From Hydrurus foetidus (taxonomy: Eukaryota): a stretch of 42,284 nucleotides of DNA. The translations under genes and the position numbers were made by a program. How positions within the stretch are numbered: position 1 is the stretch's first letter; every line of letters begins with the position of its first letter. Shown here piece by piece: positions 11,023-22,528 of the stretch. The notes below the pieces were generated by a model, which was not told the origin of the DNA, did not search any database, and saw only the letters and a list, made by a program, of their open reading frames with translations. The DNA lies in assembly GCA_900617105.1 (NCBI GenBank), contig UYFQ01000075.1:1-42284 (forward strand), written 5' to 3'.

Positions 11023-14000
11023 AAAACAAGGTAACAATGAAACCTTGGCATCCTTACTAGCTGCAGTAGTATCGAAAATTAACACTGATACTAATTTCCT
11101 TTCTTCTTGGATTTTCATTAATCAGCCAAGTTGCAAGCAGCTCAGAGCCAGGGGATATACCAACCCCCGCCATCCTCCTTGCCATGAGATGGTTATGGGA
11201 GATGTCCTGCTAGACACGGGTAGTCTACCAGGCGACTTTATTAGTCAGGAATTAGTTCATAAGTTACATGGAGATAGTTTTGTATATACATCTCCTTCAC
11301 CTTTAACTATATGTTCTGGTCTCGATAACACTTGTTATGTCAGAGACCAGGTTGTCGATATTGGGTTATCATTTGTGACCCATTCCCTTGTAATTAAAAC
11401 GATATACTTAACAGTACGAATTATACCAAATTCGATTGATTTAATTTTGGGCCGACAAACTTTGAAAAAATTAGATTTTTTTCACTGACCCCATTTGAAA
11501 TGGGTATGCCAAATATTGTTAATTCAAGGAAAAGACTTGAATTACTGTATACTGTGAAAGGTATTTGTCCTGAATTTGACAGTTCGGAGAAGAATAAGAG
11601 ATGCCCTCATTCTGGTGTAGGTACCTTGCCTGTTCACTCTTCAAACACAGACAGAGTCGCTAACTGTCTGGATGTTGAATGTGCATGTCAGTCTAGCGCC
11701 GCTGGGGCACAAACTATGCGCGACGACTGTAACTATGTATCAACCCATAGTGGTGTTGCTTGTACTCGTACATACACCCTCGCACACATAAGTGAACAGC
11801 CAGATAGTACTGTGACAGCTACTAGAGTGGAAACACCTAGTGGTATCGTAATCTCTTGTGACGAGATAGATAATGAGAAAGCTGATACTTTTTCACCATT
11901 CGTTCCTGAACAGACTCAGTCAGATACCTTGCCTGTAAAGCTTGAGGAATATTTATCGTTGATTACTTTTGAAGGCACACAAAGCCAGATAGAAGATATG
12001 AAACGCCTCTGTCGCAAGTATTCAGATATCTTCAGTGATAAACTGCCAGCTAAACCTGCGAAACTACCGCCATTTCAAATCAATGCAGATAAAAAATTAT
12101 GGCACAGTCCTAAAAATAGGACTGCCGTTCGTCTACAATCCGTACGAAAAGAACGTGAAATTAAACGGTTCATCGATGAGATGTTACTGTCAGGGATCAT
12201 CGAGAAATCGGATGCAGTGTACTATTCCCATCCTGTAATTGTACAAAAAACAGCGGAATTATTCAGATTTTGTATTGACTATCGACTTCTGAATAAGTGC
12301 ACTGAGGCATCTAGTTGGCCTCTCCCGAATATTCGTGCCCTCCTCGAAAGAGTCGGCCATTACAAGCCAGATACATTCGGGGTTATGGATTTAACCTCAG
12401 GCTACCATCAAGCACCTATGGACGCTGCATCCAAAGTCTTGACTGCGTTTATTTGTTATTCTGGCGTATACCAATTCACCAGGCTCCCCTTCGGTCCTCG
12501 AAGAGCTCCATCTTACTTCCAAGAGATGATGACAACTGTTGTCCTTAATGGACTCATTTACACTAAATGTGAGATGTACTTAGATGATTGTATCGTCTTT
12601 GCCCGAGGACACGATGAATTCCTGGAGAGACTAGAACGAGTCTTTCGACGTTTTCGTTGTTTTGGTCTATTCCTAAAAGCAAAAAAATGCAGATTTGGTA
12701 TGAAACAAATCGACTATGTGGGTCGCCAAATCTCTTCTCAAGGCATTTCTATGTCGAAAGAAAAGATTGAGTCGGTATTAAATTTTCCGAAACCCAAATC
12801 ACTAACTGCTTTACGCAGCTTTTTAGGATTGGCGAACTATTTCAGAAGTTTCGTACCGTTTCATTCAGATATAGTTAAACCTCTGCAACAAATGATTGAT
12901 CCCAAAGGGAAAAAGAAATCTTCAATTCTTTGGACCCCCGAAGCTGAAAAAGCTTTCGTTAAAATTCGAGAACAAGTTGCTCGTTGCCCATTACTACACT
13001 TTATGGATGAAGAATCACCAGTAGAGTTATATACTGACGCTTCCGATTATGGAATTGGAGGTGTACTTTTCCAAAGAGTAAATGGTGACTTAAAACCTAT
13101 TTCATTTGTCAGTAAGTCGCTAAGCGCAACACAATGTAAATGGTCGACAATCCAAAAGGAAGCTTACGCAATATATCATTGCTGTAAACAATTGGACTCT
13201 CTTATAAGAGATAGAAAATTTAAAATTTTTACTGACCATAAGAATTTAACATTCTTAATGTCTACACTCCAGCTGTTTGTCCGACCGGTGGACATGGGCA
13301 CTGTCCGACCGGTCGGACAGTGCTGACATATGACATTTTTGACTCCTTACATGATCCTATAGCTTAGAAATCGATTGCAATTAGTTGCCTAGCATTAAAT
13401 TGACATGCTTGATGATATTGCTTGATGATATTGGTCGAACAGAAAAAAACTAGTTATAGTGAAATAATATGTTTAATACGTTCTTTTAGTGCTCATGCAG
13501 GACACTGATACATCAAACTTTTAGGAGCAAAAAAGGAATATACAACTGCAAGAACCATTGAAGAAGGGTCGAGTAGGTAAGATGCCATGAAGGCGACATC
13601 AAGGGCTGATAATATCATTTGTTTGAAGACAGGTGGAGTACGCAGGAAAATCGACACAATAAAAATATTGAGGGATACCCAAAACAGAGACTTTACACCA
13701 ATATGCAATATCAAAACGATGATTCATAACACATTTGATGCTCTGGAACGATACAAGTGACTGCATCGGAGAGATTCGCTTGAAATAGCCGTCCGAGGTG
13801 AAAATCTGAAATCGGTCCAAAATCGGTCGATGGGGCAAACGCTGACAGCTATAACTTCACTACAAAAGTGGCGCTTTCTCAGGCATCGATGGGAAACTGT
13901 TGAGGAAGTCCTGATCAATAGAAGCATGAAAATTTCCTAGTCAGAATGGGCGTTGCTCAGAAATTATCAGGCTGCATTTCCTTGTGAAAATCGATTTGCA

Positions 14001-16093
14001 TTCTGGATTGCAATCCTCACCATATTCCAATCGCTCCGCTATTACACCAATATTCCGTGATCTCCTTTTGGCGTTTGAACTTGACCATCATTTATGACAC
14101 AAAATAATATGATCTGCAGGCACAGAAGTGAAGAAATTTCAGAGAAAATTTTGACAGAAGATTTCAGCCACAAATCGCCAAACCAAAGGAGCAATCAGCT
14201 ATTGCGCTGTCGCCACATAACCAAAATTCGAGGCGATTGTGGAGGGGAAACTGTTCATTGCACTCTAGTCAAACAGTCGACGTCGAAAATGATTCCAACA
14301 CCTTAGAGATTCGCTTGGAAGTTAGACCATCGCCAAATTTGGCGAACCAGCGAGTTGATCCACTGCCCCAGTCCATATCTCAGCAAAGAAGTCTCCGTTT
14401 GAAGAGGTGAAGTTATGCCTTTGATCGGCACATTTGGAGCTATCGAATTCGCCGAGATACTGCTTCAAACTCATCGAATTGAGAAATATTTCATATGGGT
14501 CAAAATTGTCCTACCGGTCGGACAAACGTCCTACCGGGTGGACGGCCTGGAGGATAGACATTAAGTCAAGACCCATCTACGATGGTGAACCGTTGGTCTA
14601 TAGCGCTACAAGAATTAGACTACTCAATTGAATACATTGCTGGTTCAAATAACGATCTGGCTGATGCAATGTCACGCTTGTGCCCCAACCTAACTCCTGT
14701 TCCTACAGTGCCAGATAGTGTTCCTTCAGACATTGCTGAAGCAGTTGTATCAGCTTTACACAAAATTATACCCGTGTCTGATTCACAACTTGAAAAAATA
14801 GAGATGTCTCATAACTCCATGATGGGACATGGAGGAGTACTACGAACCATTGAACACCTAAAAGGGTTAGAAGAACAATGGCTTGACATGGAACATCATG
14901 TCAAAGACTTCATTCAAAACTGTGCCTGCTGCCAGAAGATGAGTGTCATCAAAATTCCTGTGCATATTCACAGATATACAACGTCAACATACAGACCGTT
15001 CGATACCGTAAATATTGATTACGTTGGTCCATTTCCGGATAACGGTTATGTGTTAGTAATGATATGTTCATTCACTCGATGGACAGAACTTTACTGGTGT
15101 TCGAACAACACAGCACATTCGGCTTGCGAATGCCTTCTCCAATTTTTTGGCAGGTTTGGAGCACCAAGCATGATCAGGTCAGATCGTGGTCCTCATTTTA
15201 TGAATGAGATTGTAAAAGAATTTTTAATTCGAACAAATACTCCACACAACTTAACGTTGGCATATTCTAAACAAGAGAATGCAATAGTGGAAAGAATTAA
15301 CAAAGAAGTAAATCGCCATTTAAGAGCATTTACTTTCGATTCAGCAAGTCTAGAATCATATAAACTTTGCCTGCCTTTTGTGCAGAGAATCATAAACAGC
15401 GCGGTACACTCAAGTACTGGTGCTTCTCCAGCAAGCTTGCTGTTCGGAAATCAGCTTAATCTCAATAGAGGTATTCTGACTAAATTTCCATATAATCCTG
15501 AGTTACCGATCTCAGCATCTAAAATTATAGCTAATATGCTATTAATACAACAACAGCTCAACAACATGGCTGAAACTCACTTAAAGAGCGCTGACAAATT
15601 ACATGTCGCTGTCAATCTAACTCCAGAAACAATTTTTGAAATTGATTCTTATGTTCTTGCTCTTAACCCTAAAGGGCCAGAGACAAGATTACACTGTAAA
15701 TAGCTTGGCCCATTCAAAGTAGTAACCTTTGATAAAAGTCAGTACACTATACTGAACTTGATCACTCACAAAACCCGTGATGTTCATGCTAGTCAATTAA
15801 AGCTATTTAAATTTGATCCGACTAAAAGATCCCCGACTGATACAGCACGTCGTGATTACATGGAATTCTTCATTGAAGACATTCTTTCTCATGTTGGAAA
15901 TAAGTCTAAACCATCCACAATGAGATTCCATGTTAAGTGGTTGAATTACGACTCAACTCATAATACGTGGGAACCTTGGCAATCCCTACGCACGACAGAT
16001 CAATTACATAAATATCTTCGTGATAACAACATGGTTAAAACAATACCGAAACAATTTCGAGATAAACCTCCATTTGACATGGAGCACCCGTGA
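11023..16093 (+). pseudogene. Gypsy-2 Pol (PR, RT, RNase H, IN, chromodomain), disrupted
   Basis: LLDTGS, YLDD, DASDYGIGG, RSDRGPHF, and chromodomain FFIEDILSH...VKWLNY...NTWEP. Frameshifts near 11020 and 11480, transposon insertion 13259-14560, TAG at 15701-15703 where Gypsy-3 has Trp (W-x-GP motif). Confidence 0.92.
13259..14560. mobile_element. Non-autonomous TIR DNA transposon (1302 bp) inserted at TTAA in Gypsy-2 RNase H
   Basis: TTAA at 13255-13258 and 14561-14564. TIRs TGTCTACACTCCAG / CTGGAGGATAGACA (12 of 14 match). Subterminal TGTCCGACCGGT repeats. Removal restores TFLSQDPSTMVNRW in frame. Confidence 0.9.
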
Positions 16094-16096
16094 ATT

Positions 16097-16184
16097 TTAT
16101 CTATGAAGATTCCTCCTATTTTTTTTAATCAGTTCACAACTGATTTTTTTTTGGAGGTTTAGTTAGTAAGAATCTGACATAATC
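16097..16184 (+). other. ENE-like structured RNA element in the Gypsy-2 3' UTR
   Basis: CCUCC/GGAGG stem, U8 and U7 internal loop, AAUCAGUU-CAC-AACUGAUU upper stem; homologous to 39371-39456. Confidence 0.7.
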
Positions 16185-16372
16185 AATCACGGGTAGCCCA
16201 CACTTCACCTTCTTTTTGACAAAATTGTTTTTATACTTCATGTTTTATTTCAACTGCCCTTCCTTCTGAAGCGCTAGACTAGTTTCACAAAATTTAGTTT
16301 TAGTACCCTTCATTTCGAAGCGCTAGACTAGTCAAACATTTGCTAAATCTTTTTTGAAATAAGTAGGGGTAG

Positions 16373-16498
16373 TGTGGTCGTCTGGGGTTCTAGGTTAGCC
16401 ACATGCACTAATCCTATACCTTCTCCACTAAGTTTCATAGTAAGCTAACCAGCATTCTCCCTCGCACCATCTTTAGCCTAGATTCCTTCTAGGCCACA
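16373..16498 (+). repeat. Gypsy-2 3' LTR
   Basis: Identical to 8563-8688; follows AAGTAGGGGTAG. Confidence 0.97.
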
Positions 16499-16502
16499 GA
16501 GT

Positions 16503-19317
16503 CCTCGCGGCGCAGAATTTCAGGACGTCCGTGATTATGAGCGACGGAGAGGGGGCAGTGGTCAGCCTTGTCGATGAGCTTGGGAAACTTGGAGTGGAGG
16601 TGGACATCAGCGGAGCCGGTGGACACGTCGCTAGGATTGAAAGAAAGATCAGGATTGTTAAAGAGAGAGTACGCTGTCATGTAGCGTACCACCTTCCGTT
16701 TGTACTGTCAACCGTGGGTATCGCGATGCTCGTACTGTACTGTATATCTAGGTTAAACTATGAACCAACCGGACTGCGGAAACGGGGCCCCAGCCCCCGG
16801 GAGGCGTTTATAGGTCGGAAGCCAGAGGGTAAGAGGGATTTTCGCTGCTCTTTCGGAGACTATGCACAGTGTACTGTCACTAACACAGACTCAGGCATGG
16901 AGAGCAGAACAGAAGACTGTGTGGTGATGCTGCCCCTCGGGAACCGCACCGGGTCGGTGCGAATGTTGTCTCTCAAAACGGGCAGACTAGTCAATCGAGA
17001 TCAGTTCCGCATACTGCCGATGCCGGAGTCGGTCATTAAACGCCTTAACGAGCTTGCGCTCGCTGACGGAAGAATGAAGGGCAAGGGGGAGATATACACC
17101 AAACCTACATCGTACGAACAGGACAGCGGGGCTAAGTCCGATCTCCCCGACACGATCGACAGCCTGGTTAATAACGGGGTCGATCCTGCAATACTGTCAC
17201 TGGATATACACGACGACGAGTCTGACATCATTGACACTCTCAATGAGGAACAGTATGACAATGGGGGTGAGTACGGACGCGGACAGCAAAGTGACGATGC
17301 GGCGGGGAACGATTCAGATCTGCATGGTGAGACCGCTGAGTACCAAGAATTAGAAATACGGGAGCAGACACACGGCTATGACCATGAGATGGATAGCTTG
17401 GTAGATGACACGAACCGCATGCGTGCCGGACCGAGAGACTACGACGAGAAGGGGCTGGACGGCATCGACTCGAGCGGGGTGCCAGCCGACTACACAGCGA
17501 GCGGCGGCGCGGACCACGACGGCGGAGACCCGAGGGACGCATTAGACCGGACAGAGAGATTGCTAGCAGCACCGAGAGTTCCACTGGAAAGGGGAGTAAA
17601 CAGACACGAGCTGATGGATTTTTTCAGGGCGAAGAGTGGGACAGCACTGTTAACTCGCAGCTACGAGGGGGACGGCGCAGAGTGGGGTGACTACGTATTC
17701 AACATATCGGTCAACGAGGCGCTACGCACCAGGGGTGACGCGGCGGTGAGTGTCATACAGAAAGAGCTCCAGCAAATGATAGACAAGAAGGTGTGGGAAC
17801 CGGTGTGTGTGAAGGGACTGACGATGGAAGAGAAACATAGGATCATCAGGTCGAGTATGTTCCTGAAAGAGAAGTTCCTAGCGAGCGGAGACTTTGAGAA
17901 ACTGAAAGCGCGACTTGTCGCGGGAGGTAACCAACAAGATCGCAACCTATATGATGACTTATCTGCACCCACAGTGGCCACCAGCTCGGTGTTCACGCTG
18001 CTGAGCATAGCGGGACATGAGGCGCGGAGGATCACAGTGATTGATATCGGCGGAGCGTTCCTGAACGCGGACATGACAACCGGGCTCGCGGTGCACATGC
18101 GATTGGATAGGAATATGACGAGCATTATGACACGGCTGTCTCCGCGGTACTCGCAGTTCGTGGACCATAAGGGGTGTGTCGTGGTGAGGCTTGACAACGC
18201 CCTGTATGGGTGTGTGGAGTCGGCAGCCCTGTGGTACGAGAACCTGCGAGAAGGACTGTCACGGATGGGATATGTACCGAACGCGCATGACATGTGTGTC
18301 TTCAACAAGAACGACGAGTACGGGGTGCAGTACACCATTGCTGTGCACGTAGATGACCTCATGATCACCAGTGTCAACGGGGCGATGATCGAGGCGGTCG
18401 CGACTGGACTGATAGAAAGGTATGGTGATATCACCAGAAAGGATGGCCCTATAGTGAACTACCTAGGTATGGTATTCAACCTATCAATCGCAGGTGTCGC
18501 CAGGGTATCGATGACCGGGTATGTCGAGGACATGATGAAGGAAAGCGGGACGATAGGGGGTGCGAGGACACCGGCCACCGAGGGACTATTCGACACGAGA
18601 GATGATGCCGTACCGGCGAGCGAAGAGGACCGAATCAGATTCCACCGCCTTGTGGCCAAGGGTCTGTACCTCGGGAAGCGCGCGAGGCCCGACTGCATGA
18701 CCGCCTTGGCATTCTTGGCGACCCGAGTGACCAGATGCACAGCGGACGATCTGGTGAAGCTCGAGCGACTGCTCAAGTATATCAATGCGACGAAGGACAG
18801 AGGGATAGTTTTCGCGCCGGGGAAACAGGGGATCGATGTCAGTTTGCTGATAGATGCAGCGTACGGTGTGCACCCTGATGGCAAGTCCCACACCGGGAGT
18901 TGTGTGGTAGTGGGAGAGTTGGGTGCGGTACACTCGAAGTCGGCGAAGCAGCAGATTGTGACGAAGTCCAGTACGGAGGCAGAGCTGGTTGCTCTTTCCG
19001 ATTCAACTAACCAAGCATTACACATGAGACAATTTATCATAGGGCAAGGACATGCGTGCGGGCCGGTGACAGTATACCAGGATAACATGTCTTGCATGGC
19101 GCTCATTGAGAGAGGGCGGTCAGCGGCGGAGCGCACGCGGCACATAGCGATCAAGTACTTCTGGCTCAAGGAGCGGGTGGACCAAGGAGAAGCGAGAGTG
19201 CGCCACCTTGGAACTAAGCACATGTACGCCAACCTTCTGACCAAGCCGCTGCAGGGGGCACAGTTCAAGTCAGAGAGGCAGGCACTCACCGGATGGGACC
19301 AAGAGATAGTAGTTTAG
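16503..19317 (+). CDS. Copia Gag-Pol 3' part (integrase core, RT, RNase H)
   Basis: Removing Gypsy-2 and one GAGT restores HFIGVLAAQNFRTSVIMSDGEG and a 4854-nt ORF (1617 aa). Motifs KARLVAGG, DIGGAFL, ALYG, HVDD, IDAAYG, SSTEAE, YQDN. Confidence 0.95.
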
Positions 19318-19385
19318 ACAATGTTTAATTAAAGACTTATGCGTGATGCGTGAATAGGAGTTGATTGTGATGCGGCATAGGGGTG

Positions 19386-19448
19386 TGTTGGAGATATCTG
19401 TATTTATGACACGAACACAATCAGTGTACTTATGCACGTACGGATTAT

Positions 19449-19485
<37 letters not shown>

Positions 19486-19726
19486 ACATACGTGAAGACG
19501 ATGGATGGATCCGTGCATCGTCACTAAATACTTCAACTGTAGTGTTTGATTGATTGTTGTTGTTGCGTTGGAAGGGACTCGGGGACTTCAGCAGGGATGA
19601 AGCACAGTCAATTAACAAGTGATTACTGACTACACCAAGCTTATTTCACGAGCCCTGACCGAGAGATCTTCAACAGCTGTACCGCGAGAGGCTGTACGTG
19701 ACTGCAAAACCGAAGATCCGTCAACA
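19386..19726 (+). repeat. Copia 3' LTR (341 bp) containing a (TG)16 microsatellite at 19451-19482
   Basis: TGTTG...CAACA termini, preceded by a purine tract; last 108 bp repeated at 6391-6498. Confidence 0.88.
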
Positions 19727-19873
19727 AACAACAGTAACTTACTCAGCTCTCAGCTCTCCCAGCCAGAAGCCAGAGGACTGCAATGCTCCCACGAGAACTA
19801 CCTTCTGAGAGCAATCTAATCGTTTTGAAGGCTTTGCAATCAGGGCAGCCTTTTTTCTGCCTGCCGTAGAAGC

Positions 19874-20131
19874 ATGTCATTTCTTAGTGGCGGTAAAGAA
19901 ATGAGAATGCTTCGTCCGCAAGTGCTGTCACTCTACAGGATATGTCTGAAGCTGATACGAGACCTACCGCACCAGAGAAAGGTGTACTACGATTACACGA
20001 GATTAAAGTTTAGAGAGAACTTGCATCTTACCGATCCCAAAAAGATAAAGTTTCTGGTTAATGCAAGCGAAGAAGAAATTGCTTGGGTCAGAAAGGTTCT
20101 AGAGAGCCGCGGGAAACCGGGGAATTTCTGA
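19874..20131 (+). CDS. LYR-motif (Complex1_LYR family) small mitochondrial protein
   Basis: VLSLYRICLK...RLKFREN signature, 85 aa. Confidence 0.8.
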   Translation: MSFLSGGKEMRMLRPQVLSLYRICLKLIRDLPHQRKVYYDYTRLKFRENLHLTDPKKIKFLVNASEEEIAWVRKVLESRGKPGNF

Positions 20132-20332
20132 CAATACAGGATTGTATAGCCGTCGCCAAACCTATATTGAGAGTGTCAGCACTTTCGGCGCTGTGCACCA
20201 TTGAAGACAGGGAATTGAAGTGAACAACTCAATGACCTATCGTTCGCTTTCCGAACCTCACAGCTACGACGAGATTATCTCGGAGAAATGAGCTGCTCTG
20301 CAAAATGCTACGCCATTGCGAAGGTTGAGGAT

Positions 20333-22166
20333 TTACTTTATTATGTTTATGAAAACTTTCACGACTTCTGTCATGAAATACTGGTCGGAAAACCTCGACG
20401 AAGAAATTCTTGCCCTGCTCCTCAATTCGATAGATTTCGTGTAGTGATCCAAAGCAGCTGCCATGCATTCAGCGTACTCAGATGCTGTCGTAGCGAGATA
20501 CCCAGTGCAAGAGCATACCTTACCCGAAGAATTAATACTGCAGGTGGAATCATCTTCTGCATGGAAGGGAGTTGGAACAGATTTAATGAGATCCAGCTTG
20601 GGTCCACCAGAATTGTGCGCAACCGTGATGAGTCCTGCTGCCATCATCTCGACCACTGATATGCCGAAGTGCTCATTCCACATTGTGTGGAGACCGATCT
20701 GTGCCACTCTTAACCAGCCTTGAAGCACTGAAAATGGCGCATCAACTACGAGTACAACGTTGCTCAGGATACCCAGGGCATCAGCATCTGATTTTAACGA
20801 TGCAACAAGTGACCGGTCAGCTTCATTTCGTGTGCTACCAACCATAACGAGCTTCACGTCTCTGAACCTGTGTAAAAATAAGTAATTACATTGCTGACGA
20901 ATATTCTTCGCTAGACAATTTTGTTTCAAAGAACAGCGATATAATTTTTGAAAATTCCACAATACCTTTCGGAGCTGTCGAGCAAAGCTTTAAACGACCT
21001 GCAGACAAAATGAACCCTATTAAAAGAATTACTTCTAAAAGCGAAGTATAGATGGATGAGGAGATTGGTTGCGAGAACGCTTACTTGAGTTGGAGCACGT
21101 GATCCTTTTCCGGTCGAAATTGTCCAACAGAGAGAACTATTCTTTGTCTCGTTGTTTCATCACCGAGAGGTATTTCCTGGAGACGAGTTGTATTGCATGG
21201 TGGATAAATTTTCAGCACTATCTTCTTGCCCTGACGACTTCGCGATTTTGTCCGATTATCTAATGAATTCTCAGGGTCCAATATCGACTCCGTTATTTCA
21301 CTGCTCAATTCCAGCCCCCACAGTTGCGAAATATGACTTTCAGTCCAAGAGCTGTTTACAATCGCTTCATCGGCAAAGGAGCCAACGAAAGTGTACATGT
21401 GCGCGAAGAGCTGGTAGTAGACTAGCTTCGCAGCAGATACAGAGATGCTCCCAGATATTGTGCCACTTTCGCTGTGCGCAGGGCGCTGGTCTCTCACACG
21501 TTGCAGCATATCAGAGCTGATGATCGGGTAATGTATATATGCGACCACAGTACACCCGAAAAAGAATTTTGCGAAAGGGTATGTGAACGCGCAACCCATC
21601 GTATCACAGTATACGTCAGGACAGCGTCGGAAAATACATTCAGCCCCAACAATTACTGAAGCAAGGGATTGGCAGAGCATTGTTGCCACAGGATACCTAC
21701 AGGAAGTACAAAAGAAATTGAAACGCAAAGATTGTGAAGCTGTGCAGATGGGGAACTATCAGTCCTCAACACAACTGTACCATTTGGCATCTAACAGTGA
21801 CGAGCTTTTGATGTACACGATCGTAATTCGATCTGCATGAGCCTCGACATTGATTCCAAAGTTGAAATTTACTCCGGCTATGATGGATGATTTGTTCCTT
21901 GGATCTTTTGAGGAATATATACATATTCGCAGCTTCTTTCTGAGGGCATCTTCTTTCAAGAGGGCATCAATCATCACCCACAATACTCTCTCGCCACCAC
22001 CACCATTGTCACAGTTGGGATGGAAAAATGCCAGCATGATTTCTTCATCAGTAGTTGTCTTGTTGGGGAAACGAATCCTGGCAAGTAGACATATGGTCAC
22101 CAGTACAGTCACTAGTATAGTCGAGTAATCAATAGTTATCCCATCTTCTGGCCATTGAAATATCAT
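20333..22166 (-). CDS. ALG11: Alpha-1,2-mannosyltransferase ALG11; exons 22166-21781, 21696-21085, 20998-20966, 20867-20333
   Basis: AFFHPNCDNGGGGERVLW, YIHYPIISSDML, VGQFRPEKDH, HTMWNEHFGISVVEMMAAG, HNSGGPKLD; GT-AG introns join in frame. Confidence 0.95.
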
Positions 22167-22456
22167 GGTTGCGTCGGCAGCTTTCAGCACGGCAACGCCG
22201 TGTTCCTTTTTTCTTCGAGCTTTGCTCGATAATGCTCACTTGGGACAATCATTACAGATTGCGTGCAGTTTACTGAATGCATTAAAACATGGGCCCGGGA
22301 TGCGGATGCCGGATGCTGAGGAACGTTATCAACGAGCCTGACAAACAGGCCGTAGCTGCCGTGAGGTGTTCGGTATCCGGTAGAATACACGCGTAAGAGC
22401 TCAGAGCTACCGCTGGAGTGCTGAAATTGTATCTCGGGGGAGGGGGGGGGGCGGGG

Positions 22457-22528
22457 TATTCTTCAGTTGATCACAAAGATATAACGATCACTATTCTTCA
22501 GTTGATCACAAAGATATAACGATCACTA
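22457..22528. repeat. 35-bp perfect tandem duplication next to a poly-G tract
   Basis: TATTCTTCAGTTGATCACAAAGATATAACGATCAC at 22457 and 22492. Confidence 0.9.

Larger units (their letters stand above)
8563..16498 (+). mobile_element. Complete chromodomain-bearing Ty3/gypsy element 'Gypsy-2'
   Basis: Identical 126-bp LTRs, 4-bp target-site duplication GAGT (8559-8562 and 16499-16502), purine tract 16356-16372, gag-PR-RT-RNaseH-IN-chromodomain. Confidence 0.97.
6391..19726 (+). mobile_element. Ty1/copia LTR retrotransposon (stramenopile CoDi-like), interrupted by Gypsy-1 and Gypsy-2
   Basis: gag-PR-IN-RT-RNaseH order. 6391-6498 matches 19619-19726 with one mismatch. Purine tract ATAGGGGTG (19377-19385) precedes the 3' LTR TGTTG...CAACA. 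Confidence 0.95.

Noticed and set aside
13276..13323. CRISPR-like palindromic repeats
   Set aside because: Only subterminal transposon repeats with no regular spacers, in a eukaryotic context.
15701..15703. Programmed readthrough before the chromodomain
   Set aside because: The TAG aligns with Trp (TGG) in Gypsy-3, so it is a G>A nonsense mutation.
17001..19289. Long antisense ORFs (247 and 276 aa) opposite copia pol
   Set aside because: No recognisable motifs; expected from GC-rich codon usage on the sense strand.
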